Shown: in pieces, positions 51,081 to 62,980 of the stretch
How the letters are laid out: each line of letters starts with the position of its first letter
Numbering within the stretch: position 1 is the stretch's first letter
Assembly: GCF_006345805.1 (NCBI RefSeq)
Contig: NC_043003.1
Location: forward strand, 91,388,001-91,452,000
Origin: Octopus sinensis
Lineage: Eukaryota
Reading direction: 5' to 3'
DNA length: 64,000 nucleotides
Program-made: the position numbers and the translations under genes
Notes under the pieces: model-generated
Told to the model about the DNA's origin: nothing
The model's database searches: none
What the model saw: the letters and a program-made list of their open reading frames with translations, nothing else

Positions 51081-51272
51081 ATGCATTTCTGTGTCTGTGT
51101 TTGTCCCCACCACCACTTGACAACTGGTGTTGGCTTGTTTACATCCCCATAACTTAGTGATTTGGCAAAGAATAAGTACTAGGTTTTTAAAAAAAATAAA
51201 TATTAGGATAAATTTTGTTTGACTTGACATGTCAAGGCAGTGACCCAGCATGACTGCAGTCCAATAACTTAA

Positions 51273-51493
51273 CCCTTTAGCATCTAAACCGGCCATATCC
51301 AGCCAAAAGTATTCTGCCTGTTTTATGGTCAAACTGGCCAGATCTGGTCTCTCACACCAACCCTACAATATCGTTTTAAAAATTAACAGCTACCTCATCA
51401 AAATCTCATAGCTACAAGATAATGCATGATTAGTTCAAAACAATGTGGATTAAAAAGCATTAATTTGGGCAGAATAATGCGAACACTAAAGGG
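51273..51493. mobile_element. piggyBac-like MITE
   Basis: TTAA|CCCTTTAG ... CTAAAGGG|TTAA; the interior is inverted-homologous to the split copy at 57423-58969. Confidence 0.85.
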
Positions 51494-51943
51494 TTAAAGG
51501 TGTTTTAGCTGTTGTTTTTAGCACATCCTATGACAACCCAACACCATCCTTGTTTCTTTGCCACTCTGACATGTATCTGTGTTTTTCAATATTTTTCTCC
51601 CCATAAAAACATTTAATGGAATGATGATGCAGCTAAGGCTGGTCCACTGCTGGGATTTAAACCAAAATATTGGACTGGATGTATTTTAAACTGATTTTTT
51701 AAAAAACTGGAAAAAGAATGGAACTTTTAGGATTGGGGGGGGGGTTAAAAAAACTCTTTTTCTTTCATAATCATATGAATTCTTGTGGATAGAACACAAT
51801 TTTGCAAAAAAATTCTGAAAATTTCAAAAAATAAAAAAGTTATGAGGGGTTATATGAGGTGCTTAAACCAGAATTCCACTGATTATGTTATTTAAATTAT
51901 GTTCCTTTATTTATAAAATGCACAAATTCTGTTCTGTTTGCAG

Positions 51944-52098
51944 GAATGTTCCCTTGGGCCATGATGGTCACGATGACAATATTCTTCTATCCTGACTGGC
52001 CGAGGAAAATCTTCAAAAACTTACCAGAATCCATCTCCTTCCAGATTCCAGAAGATGAACCAATCCAAAAAAGCAATCATTGTATTTATGCTGTAAAG
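51944..52098 (+). CDS. GGCX: GGCX coding exon (GMFPWAMMVTMTIFFYPDWPRKIFKNLPESISFQIPEDEPIQKSNHCIYAVK)
   Basis: TGCAG acceptor, AAG|GTAGAA donor, 155 nt, phase 1/0; GMF..M....F..P.WPRK and the CIY motif (human CVY). Confidence 0.92.
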
Positions 52099-52815
52099 GT
52101 AGAAATTTGTTGGCTTTCATCTCCATCATTATCATAGTCATCACCACCACCATTTAATATCTCCCAAAACTGACTGATGAATTTCCTATGGGACAGTAAC
52201 TTAAGGATTATGGAGCCATGTTTTAGAAATAGAGGTTATAAGTCTAAAACAAGGCAACTAAAGGCAGTCTTTTTGATCTGGTTGATTATAATATAATTTC
52301 AAGCATAAAAACATTAAACAATAATTAACTTATGGCACATAAAATTCAGATTTTAGGAAAGTAACAATCAATTAGATATGAACCCAATTTTTCATTATTA
52401 CTTTATTTTATCAACCTGAAAGGTTAAAAGACTTAGTTACCCAAGCAGGAGTAAAGACAGGGCCATCATAGTAGCATGATTGATCCTTGGGAAAAATCAA
52501 TGCACTAGACCCTGTAGTATTTATTTATTTAACAGCGAGCGACAATATACGTAGATCATAATTGGGCTTTCAGATCTATGAGGCATCTGGGTAAACTGCC
52601 TAGTGTCCCTATACTTTTAGATGGTAGTGTAGTAGTGTAAAGGTAGATAACAAGTCATTCCTTATTGAAAGTGACCACTCATGTACTGACACTTGTGTGT
52701 GTAATTTGGGTTAGTTTCTATGGCTGGATGTCCTTCTTAGTGCTTTTCAGGGTATACTGGATATTTTCTCAAGGCACAAACATTAGAGAGATTGAGTATA
52801 TATCAACAAGACAGT

Positions 52816-53205
52816 AGGCGTAGGAGTGGCTGTGTAGTAAGTAGCTTGCTTACCAACCACATGGTTCTGGGTTCAGTCCCACTGCATGGCACCTTGGGCA
52901 AGTGTCTTCTACTATAGCCTTGGGCCGACCAAAGCCTTGTGAGTAGATTTGGTAGATGGAAACTGAAAGAAGCCCGTCGTATATATATGTGTGTGTGTTT
53001 GTCCCCCACCAACATCACTTGACAACCGATGCTGGTGTGTTTACGTCCCCATAACTTAGTGGTTTGGCAAAAGAGACCAATAGGATAAGTACTAGGCTTA
53101 CAAAGAATAAGTCCTGGAGTCGATTTGCTCGACTAAAGGTGGTGCTCCAGCATGGCCACAGTCAAATGACTGAAACAAGTAAAAGAGTAAAAAAAAAAAA
53201 AAGAG
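52816..53205 (+). mobile_element. Full-length, well-preserved SINE family A (tandem older copy at 53298-53670; other heads near 19505, 46100, 50160, 50580, 63735)
   Basis: AGGCGTAGGAGTGGCTGTGTAGTAAG A-box head, GGGTTCAGTCCC B-box, CACCTTGGGCAAGTG core, GCATGGCCACAGTCAAATGACTGAAACAAGTAAAAGAG tail. Confidence 0.9.
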
Positions 53206-53699
53206 TTAGACAGGACAAGTGAATCTCAAAACTATGCTCTTTCTCTGCTCAAGAAAAGTCAACCTCCTATTAAGAATTTTTTGAAAAATCATCATCATGA
53301 CTGTGTGGTAAGAAGTTAGCTTCCCAACCACATGGTTCCAAGTTCAGTCCCTCTGTGAAGCACCTTGGGCAAATGTCTTCTACTATGGTCTCAGGTCAAT
53401 CAAAACCTTGTAAGTGGATTTGGTAGACAGAAACTGAAAGAAGCTTGTCATATATGTGTGTGTGTGTCTATGTTTGTCCCCCACCACCGCTTGACAACCA
53501 ATGTTGATGTGTTTGTGTCTCTAATTTAGCTGCTCAGTAAAAGAGACCAATAGAATAAGTACCAGGTTTTTTTAAAAAAGTACTGGAGTTGATTTGTTTG
53601 ACTAAAAATTCTTCGAGGCAGTGCTCCAGCATGGCTGCAGTCAAATGATTGAAACAAGTAAAAAGATAAACAATAAAAAAAATCTCTGCATTGAGAGGT

Positions 53700-53960
53700 T
53701 ACAGCTCCAGGACCATGGACATGTTAGTAGAATATCATGGGAAAGAATTGCAAGACAGACCCTTGAAGCGAACTTGAACCAGCTGGAGGCCTAAGGGTAG
53801 GGCCAAGAACGTTGGATGATGGTTGGATGATGTCCATAGAGTCAGTTGGTCACAGCTGGAAGGTCTATTGATGGCTGTTGCTTGTGATAATCTATGGACG
53901 AGGTGCTTGAGGACACTACCCTCATGATCCTCCATAGAACAGTAGGCAGGAAAGATGGAT
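53700..53960 (+). mobile_element. Decayed 3' end of another RTE-like LINE
   Basis: HGHVSRISWERIARQTLEA...RPKGRA...WLDDV resembles the RTE C-terminal GHV.R...GRP..RW.D motif. Confidence 0.55.
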
Positions 53961-54231
53961 GAATTGGAGAACATCATCTCTATGCAGCAATAATCAATAA
54001 AATTCAAGGAAAACCATGATTGGCAGCTGGTGTATCATGAGAAGATATATAAGGTTTTAGACATTTGTATCATTAGAAGTTATAGCTAATGTTTTATACA
54101 TGCTTTACTCTAACAGCTCCATATTCAGTCCACAATGTTCACATGGATTATTATAAACCTCTTCCATCATTGGCACGGAGATGGCATTCATAAGGAAGCT
54201 GTCTTCAGTGAAAAATCTTCAGACTTTAGAC

Positions 54232-54472
54232 CAGTGATCCTCAACCATTTTTTACCTATGGACCCCTGTGATTCCTATTTTACTCAGGAGGTGGGAACAT
54301 CATTGTCATTCAATGTCTAAAAACTCTTATTATATTTTTATAATTAAATATTATTTGGAATTGTAGATAAAAGTAATTCAAATATTTTGTGTATCATAGA
54401 AATATAACCAATTTATTGCACATAAATTTTAATGACAAAATCTATGGATTCCCAAGGGCCATATGGACCCTA
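54232..54472. mobile_element. hAT (Charlie-like) MITE, one TIR missing
   Basis: Starts CAGTGATCCTCAACC; the interior is the reverse complement of 60444-60685. Confidence 0.7.
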
Positions 54473-55437
54473 GTATATATAATATACCCCAGCTGGTGGT
54501 ATATTATATATACTCCAAATACAAAAGGTATATTATTTGCTTCAGATAAAAGGAATGATATATCTTTAATATATTATTTACACTACCTGTACAACTTGTA
54601 TCACCGTCACCACTACTAATACTAAATTCCACCACCACCTTCTACACCATTCTCCTTTATTTTTATATTATTCTCAGCTGAATTTATACTTATGTAAACC
54701 CACTAATATATGTTCATGGAGGACACCTGCTTTGCGTACATGTACAAATACATTTGTACATAACTAGGCACATCCACTCACATCAAAGTACGTTCTAATG
54801 TTGATACACACATACATACACACACACACACACACATAACACATACATACGTATACACACATTAAAGCCTGTTCTAATATTCATACAAACATGAAAGCAT
54901 GTTCTAATATTGACACACATATACACTCCATCACACACACACACACACAACCACACACACACACACACACACACATGTATACACATATTCATGCACATTC
55001 TTATTACATGGAAAAATGCGAGCAAGAGAAATAATATTCTTATGATTATAAAACTGGAAAAATCAGGACAAGTTATTATACTTACTTTCAAATTTCTAAT
55101 TATTAATTAATAATTAAAAAATGAATTTTTTTAAAGTGCAAAAATTATTTTGAGTTTTTTTTTTTTTTTTTTTTAACAGAAGTAACAAGTAATAACAAAT
55201 AGAAGTAACAGCTTGTAATAAAAGTTTTAGTTTTCATAAAAGCTAATGTTTTCTAGATCTAAATATTTTATTTGAAATTTTATCCTTAGCTGCAATGTTT
55301 TAAGTAAAAATTTTCTTGTTCTGTACTTTACCAAACGTAATAACTTGTCCTGTACTTTTCCAGGTTTATAATCTTCAGAATGTTACATTTATATATTTGT
55401 TTTGCTAGATTCTTGATGTGAATTCGTGTGTTGAAAC

Positions 55438-56026
55438 AGATTTTGTTGCATTTGGGGATGGTTATGTTGCCAGTTTAGCCAATGAAAACACATGCACTAT
55501 ATATTTGGTGTTCACTTGTTTCAGCTTTATTTTATATTATTAGTATTTCAGCTAGAGTTCTTTCATCACACTTCTGTGACCTCATCAGTGGTCCTTTGCT
55601 TTCTTCTTTCTTTCTTGTGTGTCTCTCCTTACTAATGATCTGCCATTTTGTATTCCTGTTGTATGTGTCTTTATTTGCACATGCATACATCCCTGTGTGT
55701 GTCTATGTTTAGTAAGTGTGTGTGTGTAGGGGAATGTGTATGGTGCTTGCATTATCAGTATCCCAGGGGATACTGATAATGAAGGCATCATAAAGACTCA
55801 TACAACAGGAATATAAAATGGAAGGCCGTTAGTAAGGAGAGACACACAAGAAAGAAAGAAGAAAGCAAAGGACCACTGATGAGGTCACAGAAGTGTGATG
55901 AAAGAACTCTGGCTGAAATACTATTAATATAAAATAAAGCTGAAACAAGTGAACACCAAATATATAGTGCATGTGTTTTCATTGGCTAAACTGGCAACAT
56001 AACCATCCCCAAATGCAACAAAATCT
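55438..56026. mobile_element. Fold-back element (~235-bp arms) with an intact-core hammerhead in each arm and a central 32-bp hairpin
   Basis: 55438-~55672 is inverted relative to ~55790-56026; the centre is CATTATCAGTATCCCAGGGGATACTGATAATG (55750-81). Confidence 0.92.
55872..55912 (+). ncRNA. Minimal type I hammerhead motif, sense to the GGCX pre-mRNA (antisense twin ~55552-55592)
   Basis: acca-CTGATGA-G-GTCAC agaagt GTGAT-GAAA-G aa C-TC-tgg. The CUGAUGA/GAAA core is intact; predicted cleavage after CUC at 55909. Confidence 0.7.
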
Positions 56027-56859
56027 TTCTCTTGCCTGCATTTTCCATGAAATCCATGTTTTTTTTCTAGGCTATGCTAATTAATAATGTGTCAATAATT
56101 TAAGATTTTTACCTTATTGAAAATTGAATAATAAATTTAATAAATTTCTAAATAATATTTTAAAAATTAGCGGTGTTGTTGATAATTTTTTTCCTTACCT
56201 CAATGATGCCGGTAACATATATTAAAAGTCCCCTTATAGAACTATATTCATAAAAAAAGTATAGAATTATCACCCTCAAATTTGAGAAACAAACAATCAT
56301 AATTCCTTGAATTGAGATCTATCATTTATGCTTAATTAAAATATAGTTTACTTTTAAAATAAAAAAGTTGATTATACTTAAATCCAATTTTTTGCTTTAC
56401 TTATTTTTTTTCATGATATTTTTACCTCGCAATTTTTTTAATACAAATTTTTGTTCCATGGGATGAAAACTATGAAATTCTTCCTGCTTTCTTCTATCAT
56501 TGGAGCTAAGATATATATATATATATATATGTATTGCTTTTAAAATAAAATAGTTATTTGGATCTAAACTTGATTGGAGGTGTTACTTACTCTTCTGTAA
56601 GGTTACTACAAATTTTGATGTAAACTTTTTTCTACTGGACCAAATCTCTATTTTTTTAATGCCAAAATATAGCTAGGGACCAGTCCTCTTCAAAGATGTT
56701 AACAATTTTCAATTCGGTTAAGAACTGAATTAGTGACAGAGTCTGAAAGATGCTGAATGTGAGTAAATTGCAACCTTAAGAATATTATTCAACTACAGTA
56801 GTAGTTAAATCGTATTACCACATATATATTTCTCCACATTCATCTTTTTTGTCTTCAAG

Positions 56860-57048
56860 CAAGAAATTTCAGGTGAAGGAAACCCATTGTCTGCAGGTGA
56901 TGGAGAAAAATCAACATATGATTCAAAATCCAACCAAAAGCAACACAACCATCCCCAGTATTCTTTGCGCCATATTTTTTCCACTGCCTTCGCTATCTTT
57001 TATATCCTGTTGCAGTTATTCTTGCCATTTTCTCACTTCATTACAAAG
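56860..57048 (+). CDS. GGCX: GGCX coding exon (QEISGEGNPLSAGDGEKSTYDSKSNQKQHNHPQYSLRHIFSTAFAIFYILLQLFLPFSHFITK)
   Basis: The AG at 56858-59 is the nearby acceptor that keeps phase 0; AAG|GTTAGT donor; 189 nt. LRH......F...Y...QLFLP.SHF.T is conserved. The 5' boundary is less certain than the 3'. Confidence 0.88.
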
Positions 57049-57422
57049 GTTAGTAATGTGTTACAAAATTATTTAATCCTTTCATGATTCATAGTATCCT
57101 TGTATGTTTAGAAATAATTATCAGAGATTAACTCACCTTTTTGATATCAGCCTCCCTGAGACCATCCCTGAATCTATGATACAAACTTCCTGGTTTACAG
57201 TGATCTAAATAAAAGCCTTCCATCAAGATTTCATATTTATTTGTTCCAAGCACCAACAATAAGTGCAGCATATTTCAACAAAAATATGGTAACCATGTAC
57301 CTTGTATGTGCAGGAAAAAGTGTACTTATTCTTGTTGTCAAAATATTTTTCAAGATTAAGCCTTTTGATACCTGCTGGCCTGCAACCACATCTACATTTG
57401 TGACATAAAATTCTTGTTTCAA

Positions 57423-58969
57423 CCCTTTAACATTCAGATTACCCTGTCAAATGTAATGCTTATTTATTCATATTGTTTTGAGTTAATCATACATTATCAA
57501 GTAGCTTTAGTATTTTGATGATGTACAAGGGTGAGTCAAAAAGTAATGCCATTTTGTTTAGGATAGGTATAATTACCAACACAGGAACATGCATTATATA
57601 TCAAAATGAAGCTGGTCCTTTGTGGATCACATCTCTACTTCTCAACATAGTCACAGTTTCTCTCAATAGCAATGTTCCACCTTTGAATGTGAGCATGTAT
57701 CCCCGCCCCTTAAAATTCTGTTGACTGTTCTCTGAGCCACTTCTTCACTACAGTTTTCACTTCCTCGTCACTGGAATAATGTTTGCCTCTCAAACCCTCT
57801 TTCATGGGGCTGAAGAGATGATAGCCTGAAGGTGCTAAATCTGGTGAGTATGGAGGATGCGGTAAAGTTGTCCACCCGAATGAGGCGATTGTCTCCCTTT
57901 TCCTGATGCTTGTGTGTGGTCAAGCATTGTCATGCAGAAGGAGGACATTGTCGATTGGCAAGTTGTGTCTTACTCGGATTCTTGCTCTGAGCCTCGTCAG
58001 GGTCTCACTGTAGGCCTCAGAGTTTATTGTTTTTCCTTTTGGCAAGAAATCGACCAGAATGACACCGTGAGCATCCCAAAAAACAGTCGCCATGGTTTTT
58101 GCGCCTTGAACTTTTTCAGTGGTTGTGACGTAGAGTGATGTCATTCCATTGACTGCCTCTTTGATCCTGGTTCATAATGATGAACCCATATTTCATCACC
58201 TGTTATGAGCCTTCGAAAGAAGGTGTTGTCCCTTTGACTTTGTTCAAGAAGTTCAGTGCAGGCATTGACCCTGTCAGTCTTGCGTTCGGTAGTCAGCTCT
58301 CTCGGTACCCAACGGTCACACACTTTTGAAAAGCCAAGTGATTCGACAATGTTGTAAGCACTTCCATTGCTCACTTCAAAGTTTTCTGCCAACTCATCAA
58401 GAGTTATGCGCCTGTCTTCTCTGATCAGAGCATCTGCTTTTGCTTTATTGGCAGGATTCACAGAAGCGGACTGACAGTCAGAATGGTGTTTAATGGCTAC
58501 ACTCACAGTTCCCACCTTTTCATCTTTCAGACGATGGACCCACCTGCATACATTGCTATATCTAAAGTATTATCCTTGAAGACATTTTGTAATCATCAGT
58601 GAATGTTCTCAGGGGTTTCCCCCTCACCAACAAGATATTCAATCACTGCTCTTTGTTTTTGACGTAACTCTAAGGGGGCAGCCGTTTTGAATTTTCCTTA
58701 CCAGCCTAAAAACCAGTCTAAAAACCTGAAAAGTAAGAAACAAAATATTTCAGAACGTAAATGATAGAATCATTTATAACTTGGAATCACTTGGCTTTTC
58801 AAAATCTTCACATGAAATAAAGAAAATGGCATTACTTTTTGACTCACCCTCGTAATTGTATATTTAAGAATAACATTGTAGTTAGATGAGAGAGGTTGGA
58901 TCTGGCCAGTTTGAACCTAACACAGGTAGAATATTTGGGCCTGATAGGGCTGATTTAAATGTTAAAGGG
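57423..58969. mobile_element. piggyBac-like MITE split by the mariner insertion
   Basis: TCAA|CCCTTTAAC ... GTTAAAGGG|TTAA ends; the two halves rejoin across the TA at 57524-25/58853-54. Confidence 0.75.
57526..58852 (-). mobile_element. Full-length (1327 bp) decayed mariner transposon; transposase pseudogene ~58686-57640
   Basis: TA TSDs; ~30-bp TIRs C(A/G)AGGGTGAGTCAAAAAGTAATGCCATTTT; motifs WVPREL, ITGDE.WV, WDAHGVILVDFL, LLHDNA and PYSPDLAP; internal stops and frameshifts. Confidence 0.96.
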
Positions 58970-59939
58970 TTAAAGTGATTTAAATTAAAACTTTCCATCA
59001 AAATTTCATGTTAATTTACATTCCAAACACCAGCTTAATAATGGCAAAATCATTTTACTAAATTTTTCCTTATTTTTGCATTAATCAAAATAAATGAAGT
59101 GTATTTCAGTGTAAGTATTGTTGTAGCTTCACTGTGAGTAGGGTCATGTGTTCTCTGTTTTGAATACATGTCATATCTACTGACATCTTGTAGCTCTGAT
59201 GCACTATTGTCATCATTATCATCATCATTATATAACATTCATGTTCCATGCTGGCATGGGTTGAACTGTGTGACAGGATCCAATGGGCTTGTGGACTACA
59301 TCATGCTCCAGTGTTTGCTTTGGCATGGATTCTACAGCAGGATTCCATTCCTAAAACCAACCACTTTACTGTATGTACTGGGTGCTTTTTTCATTGAATC
59401 AGCACTAGTGAGGTTGTTGTGCAGCTTGTGAGACTGTGAACCTCGGGAGAAGTGACTTTATGCTACAAGATGAGGAGTTTAAGTATGAGAGATGAGGGCC
59501 AAAGCAGAAACCAGTTTCTTGCTATAGAGGGGCTGCATGGCTACTCACATTTTAAATGAAAGGGGTGATAAGTGATTATGGTGTAGTAGGGAAGAGATAA
59601 ATATAGTGGTGAGGAAGTGTCTTTCTGGACCCTCAAGGTACAAAGTGAGAAGAAGTAAATGGAGACAGAAAAATCAGCAGGTAGAGGTTGCAAGAGGGTA
59701 TGAAAGAGTGAGAAATGAGGGCACTATAAAGCAAATGTACTTCAAATAAGAAAGCATTTAGATTTACTATAAAAAGAAAGATAACTCTAGAGAGATAAAC
59801 ATTGATACAGCCTGACAATTGAATGTCTCTTTTAGTTTATTTACAAAATTATTTGTAGCAAAATTGAATGTTTTTTGACAAAGAATTCTTTAACTCATGT
59901 TATCATTATTTAATTATTGTCAGAATGTTTTTCAGTATA

Positions 59940-60360
59940 GAATGATATCAAAGTCTCTTGATCTCAGTGTTGTTTTAATTTGGTGTGTATCGATATCGTT
60001 ATGTCTTAATCTCAGTATGTTTTGGCATCAGTGTGTCCTAAACCAGTGTCTTGATATTGATGTACTGTATTATCAAAGCATCTTGACACCAATGTACCTT
60101 GATGTCACAGTATCATGATGTCAAAACGTTTTCATATTAGTGTATCCTAATTTCAAAGCATCTTGGTATCAGTGTAGCGAAGTCATAGTACGTTGATGTC
60201 ATTGTGTCTTGATGTCAATGTACCTTAATATCAGTGATTCCTGATGTTGATATATCTTGATGTCAAGACATCATAATGTTAGTGTATCTTGATGTCAATG
60301 TGCCTTAATGCCTATGTGTCCTTAATATCAAAGTTCCTTGGTGACATCAGTATTTCTTGA
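59940..60360. repeat. Degenerate minisatellite built on TCTTGATGTC(A) / GTGTATC motifs
   Basis: The motif recurs at short irregular intervals. Confidence 0.7.
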
Positions 60361-60443
60361 TTTTGTTTCCAGTGTCTCTGTTCTTTGGTGTTGTTGGTGT
60401 CCTTTGACACTGGTACATTGTTAATATCTGTATACCATTAAAG

Positions 60444-60685
60444 CAGTGGTTCTCAACCAGGGTCCATATGGCCCTTAGGGATCCATGTAAGATTTTGTGG
60501 TTAAAATTTATTGGTTATAATTCTACAACACACAAAATATTCTAACAAATTTTAAAATACAATTCTTAATAATCTTTAATTATAAAAATAGGAAGTTTTT
60601 TAAACACTGAATGTCTATGAGGGTCCAGTAGAGTAAAATAGGAATCAGAGGGGTCCACTGGCAAAAAAATAGCTGAGAACCACTG
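60444..60685. mobile_element. hAT (Charlie-like) MITE, 242 bp
   Basis: TIRs CAGTGGTTCTCA...TGAGAACCACTG; 8-bp flanks CATTAAAG/ATTTAAAG match at 6 of 8 positions. Confidence 0.85.
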
Positions 60686-60885
60686 ATTTAAAGAAAGAAA
60701 ACCCAAAACAGAAAATTGTAGACATACTGATATATAATATATATACTGAAGCATGCATGATGTTGAGTTAGACAAAATGAACTGTGTGTACAGTAGATAG
60801 GGTCTCTTAGCTCATAAGACAAGAAAATGAGAAAACTGATATTCATTATTGTTTTTTTTTTGTTTTTTTTTTTTTTTGTTGCTAG

Positions 60886-61017
60886 GGTTATAATAATTGG
60901 ACATCTGGTCTGTATGGATATTCTTGGGACATGATGGTTCATAGATGGAACACACAACATCTGCAGATTATGTATGTTGAGCGAGATACTGGAGAATCAG
61001 GATTTATTGATCCCATG
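60886..61017 (+). CDS. GGCX: GGCX coding exon ([44 protein letters not shown]); gene continues past the window
   Basis: Long T tract + TAG acceptor, ATG|GTGAAT donor, 132 nt. [18 protein letters not shown] is the conserved glutamate-substrate-binding segment. Confidence 0.97.
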
Positions 61018-61249
61018 GTGAATATTCATAGATTTCTTTGTATATATTTATTGTTATTGTTGTCAGTAGTGTTTCATTGTTTTTGTATTGTTTTGTTTTT
61101 ATGCCTGGAAAGTTGATGGAGGAATAATTCAGGTTATGGCACGATATTTCACCTCTCACAAAGGAACATTGTACAAATAGCTCCAGAAATTTGAGGCATG
61201 TGTGTGTGTTTGTGTATATATAGATAATATATATATATATAAAGTTTTG

Positions 61250-61491
61250 AATGGTACAACAATGCACTATAATACAGACAATGGGCTATATACTTGTTGT
61301 AATTTAGTCATCCATAGTCTGATATGATATTTTGGAATAATATTCCTTCTTCAGATATTCTTGGAATTGCTCCATCTAAGAATATCTGAAGAAGGAATAT
61401 TATTCCAAAATATCATATCAGACTATGGATGACTAAATTACAACAGTTCTTATAGTCTATTGTTTGTATTATAGTGCACTGTTGTACCATT
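61250..61491. mobile_element. Fold-back element (~115-bp arms) with CpG-decayed hammerhead motifs
   Basis: Right arm: atat-CTGAAGA-A-GGAAT att ATTCC-AAAA-T-ATC-atat (61382-61418), mirrored in the left arm. Confidence 0.8.
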
Positions 61492-61536
61492 TTGTACCAT
61501 TCACAATTTTTCATTCTTTACAAACAATACTCTCCT

Positions 61537-61570
<34 letters not shown>

Positions 61571-62980
61571 TCCGAAAGTGGCCGTAGCCAGTACCGCATC
61601 GACTGGCCTCCGTGCTGTGGGCACATGACAAACACCATCCGATCGTGGCCGTTCGCCAGCCTCATCTAGCACCTGTGTCGGTGGCACATAAAAACACCAT
61701 CCGAAGACCCGGCAAGACTAGTCAGGCCATAACCCATGGCCCCTACCTGGGACGTAGTCAGTCCACCTGTGCATACCTTCCTTCTTGTGACACTTGTGAA
61801 GACCTGTTGAGGCAAGTGAAAATCAAAATCAAAACAAATCAAAATAGATGAACATCAATGGAATCTGTATCTTTGTGGTACCAGTGCCGGTGGCACACAC
61901 TTTGTGGTACCAGTGCCGGTGGCACACAAGAGAACCATCCGAACGTGGCCGTAGCCAGTTCCGCATCGACCGGCCTCCGTGCTGTGGGCACGTAACAAAC
62001 ACCATCCGATCATGGCCGTTCGCCAGCCTCATCTGGCACCTGTGTCGGTGGCACATAAAAACACCATCCGAAGACCCGGCAAGACTAGTCAGTCCACCTG
62101 TGCATACCTTCCTTCTTGTGACACTTGTGAAGACCGGTTGAGGCAAGTGAAAATCAAAATCAAATCAAATCAAAATAGACAAAATAGATGAACATCAATG
62201 GAATTTGTATCTTGTGGTACCAGTGCCTGTGGCACACAAGAAATCCATCAGTGCTGTAGTCAGTGCGGTGGGCACATGACAAACACCATCCGATCGTGGC
62301 CGTTCGCCAGCCTCATCTAGCACCTGTGTCGGTGGCACATAAAAACACCATCCGAAGACCCGGCAAGACTAGTCAGGCCATAACCCATGGCCCCTACCTG
62401 GGACGTAGTCAGTCCACCTGTGCATACCTTCCTTCTTGTGACACTTGTGAAGACCTGTTGAGGCAAGTGAAAATCGAAACAAATCAAAATAGATGAACAT
62501 CAATGGAATTTGTATCTTTGTGGTACCAGTGCCAGTGGCACGTGGCACACAAGAAAACCATCCGAACGTGGCCGTAGCCAGTACCGCATCGACTGGCCTC
62601 CGTGCTGTGGGCACGTAACAAGCACCATCCGATCGTGGCCGTTTGCCAGCCTCATCTGGCACCTGTGTCGGTGGCACATAAAAACACCATCCGAGCGTGG
62701 CCGTCTGCCAGCCTCGTCTGGCACCTGTGTCGGTGGCACATAAAAACACCATCCGAGCGTGGCCGTTTGCCAGCCTCGTCTGGCACCTGTGTCGGTGGCA
62801 CATAAAATCACCCACTACACTCTCGGAGTGGTTGGCGTTAGGAAGGGCATCCAGCTGTAGAAACACTGCCAGATCTGACTGGACTGGTGCAGCTTTCGGG
62901 CTCCCCAGACCCCAGTTGAACCGTCCAACCCATGCTAGCATGGAAAGTGGACGTTAAATGATGATGATGATGATGATGAT
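61571..62980 (+). mobile_element. Young RTE 3'-end derivative made of tandemly reiterated 3'UTR units, ending in the tail + (GAT)n, embedded in (TA)n
   Basis: Macro-units start at ~61572, 61939, ~62250 and 62562, each with GAAGACCCGGCAAGACTAG (ORF2 end, KTRQD*) except the last. Then come ~58-bp micro-units and the shared tail. CpG-rich. Confidence 0.88.

Noticed and set aside
56864-56897. Alternative AG acceptors (exon starts 56864, 56873, 56897)
   Set aside because: All break the phase-0 frame required by the preceding exon.
61571-62820. CRISPR-like appearance of repeated GTGGCACATAAAAACACCATCCGA
   Set aside because: The intervening sequences are themselves repeated rather than unique spacers, there are no cas genes, the context is eukaryotic, and the block ends in an RTE tail.
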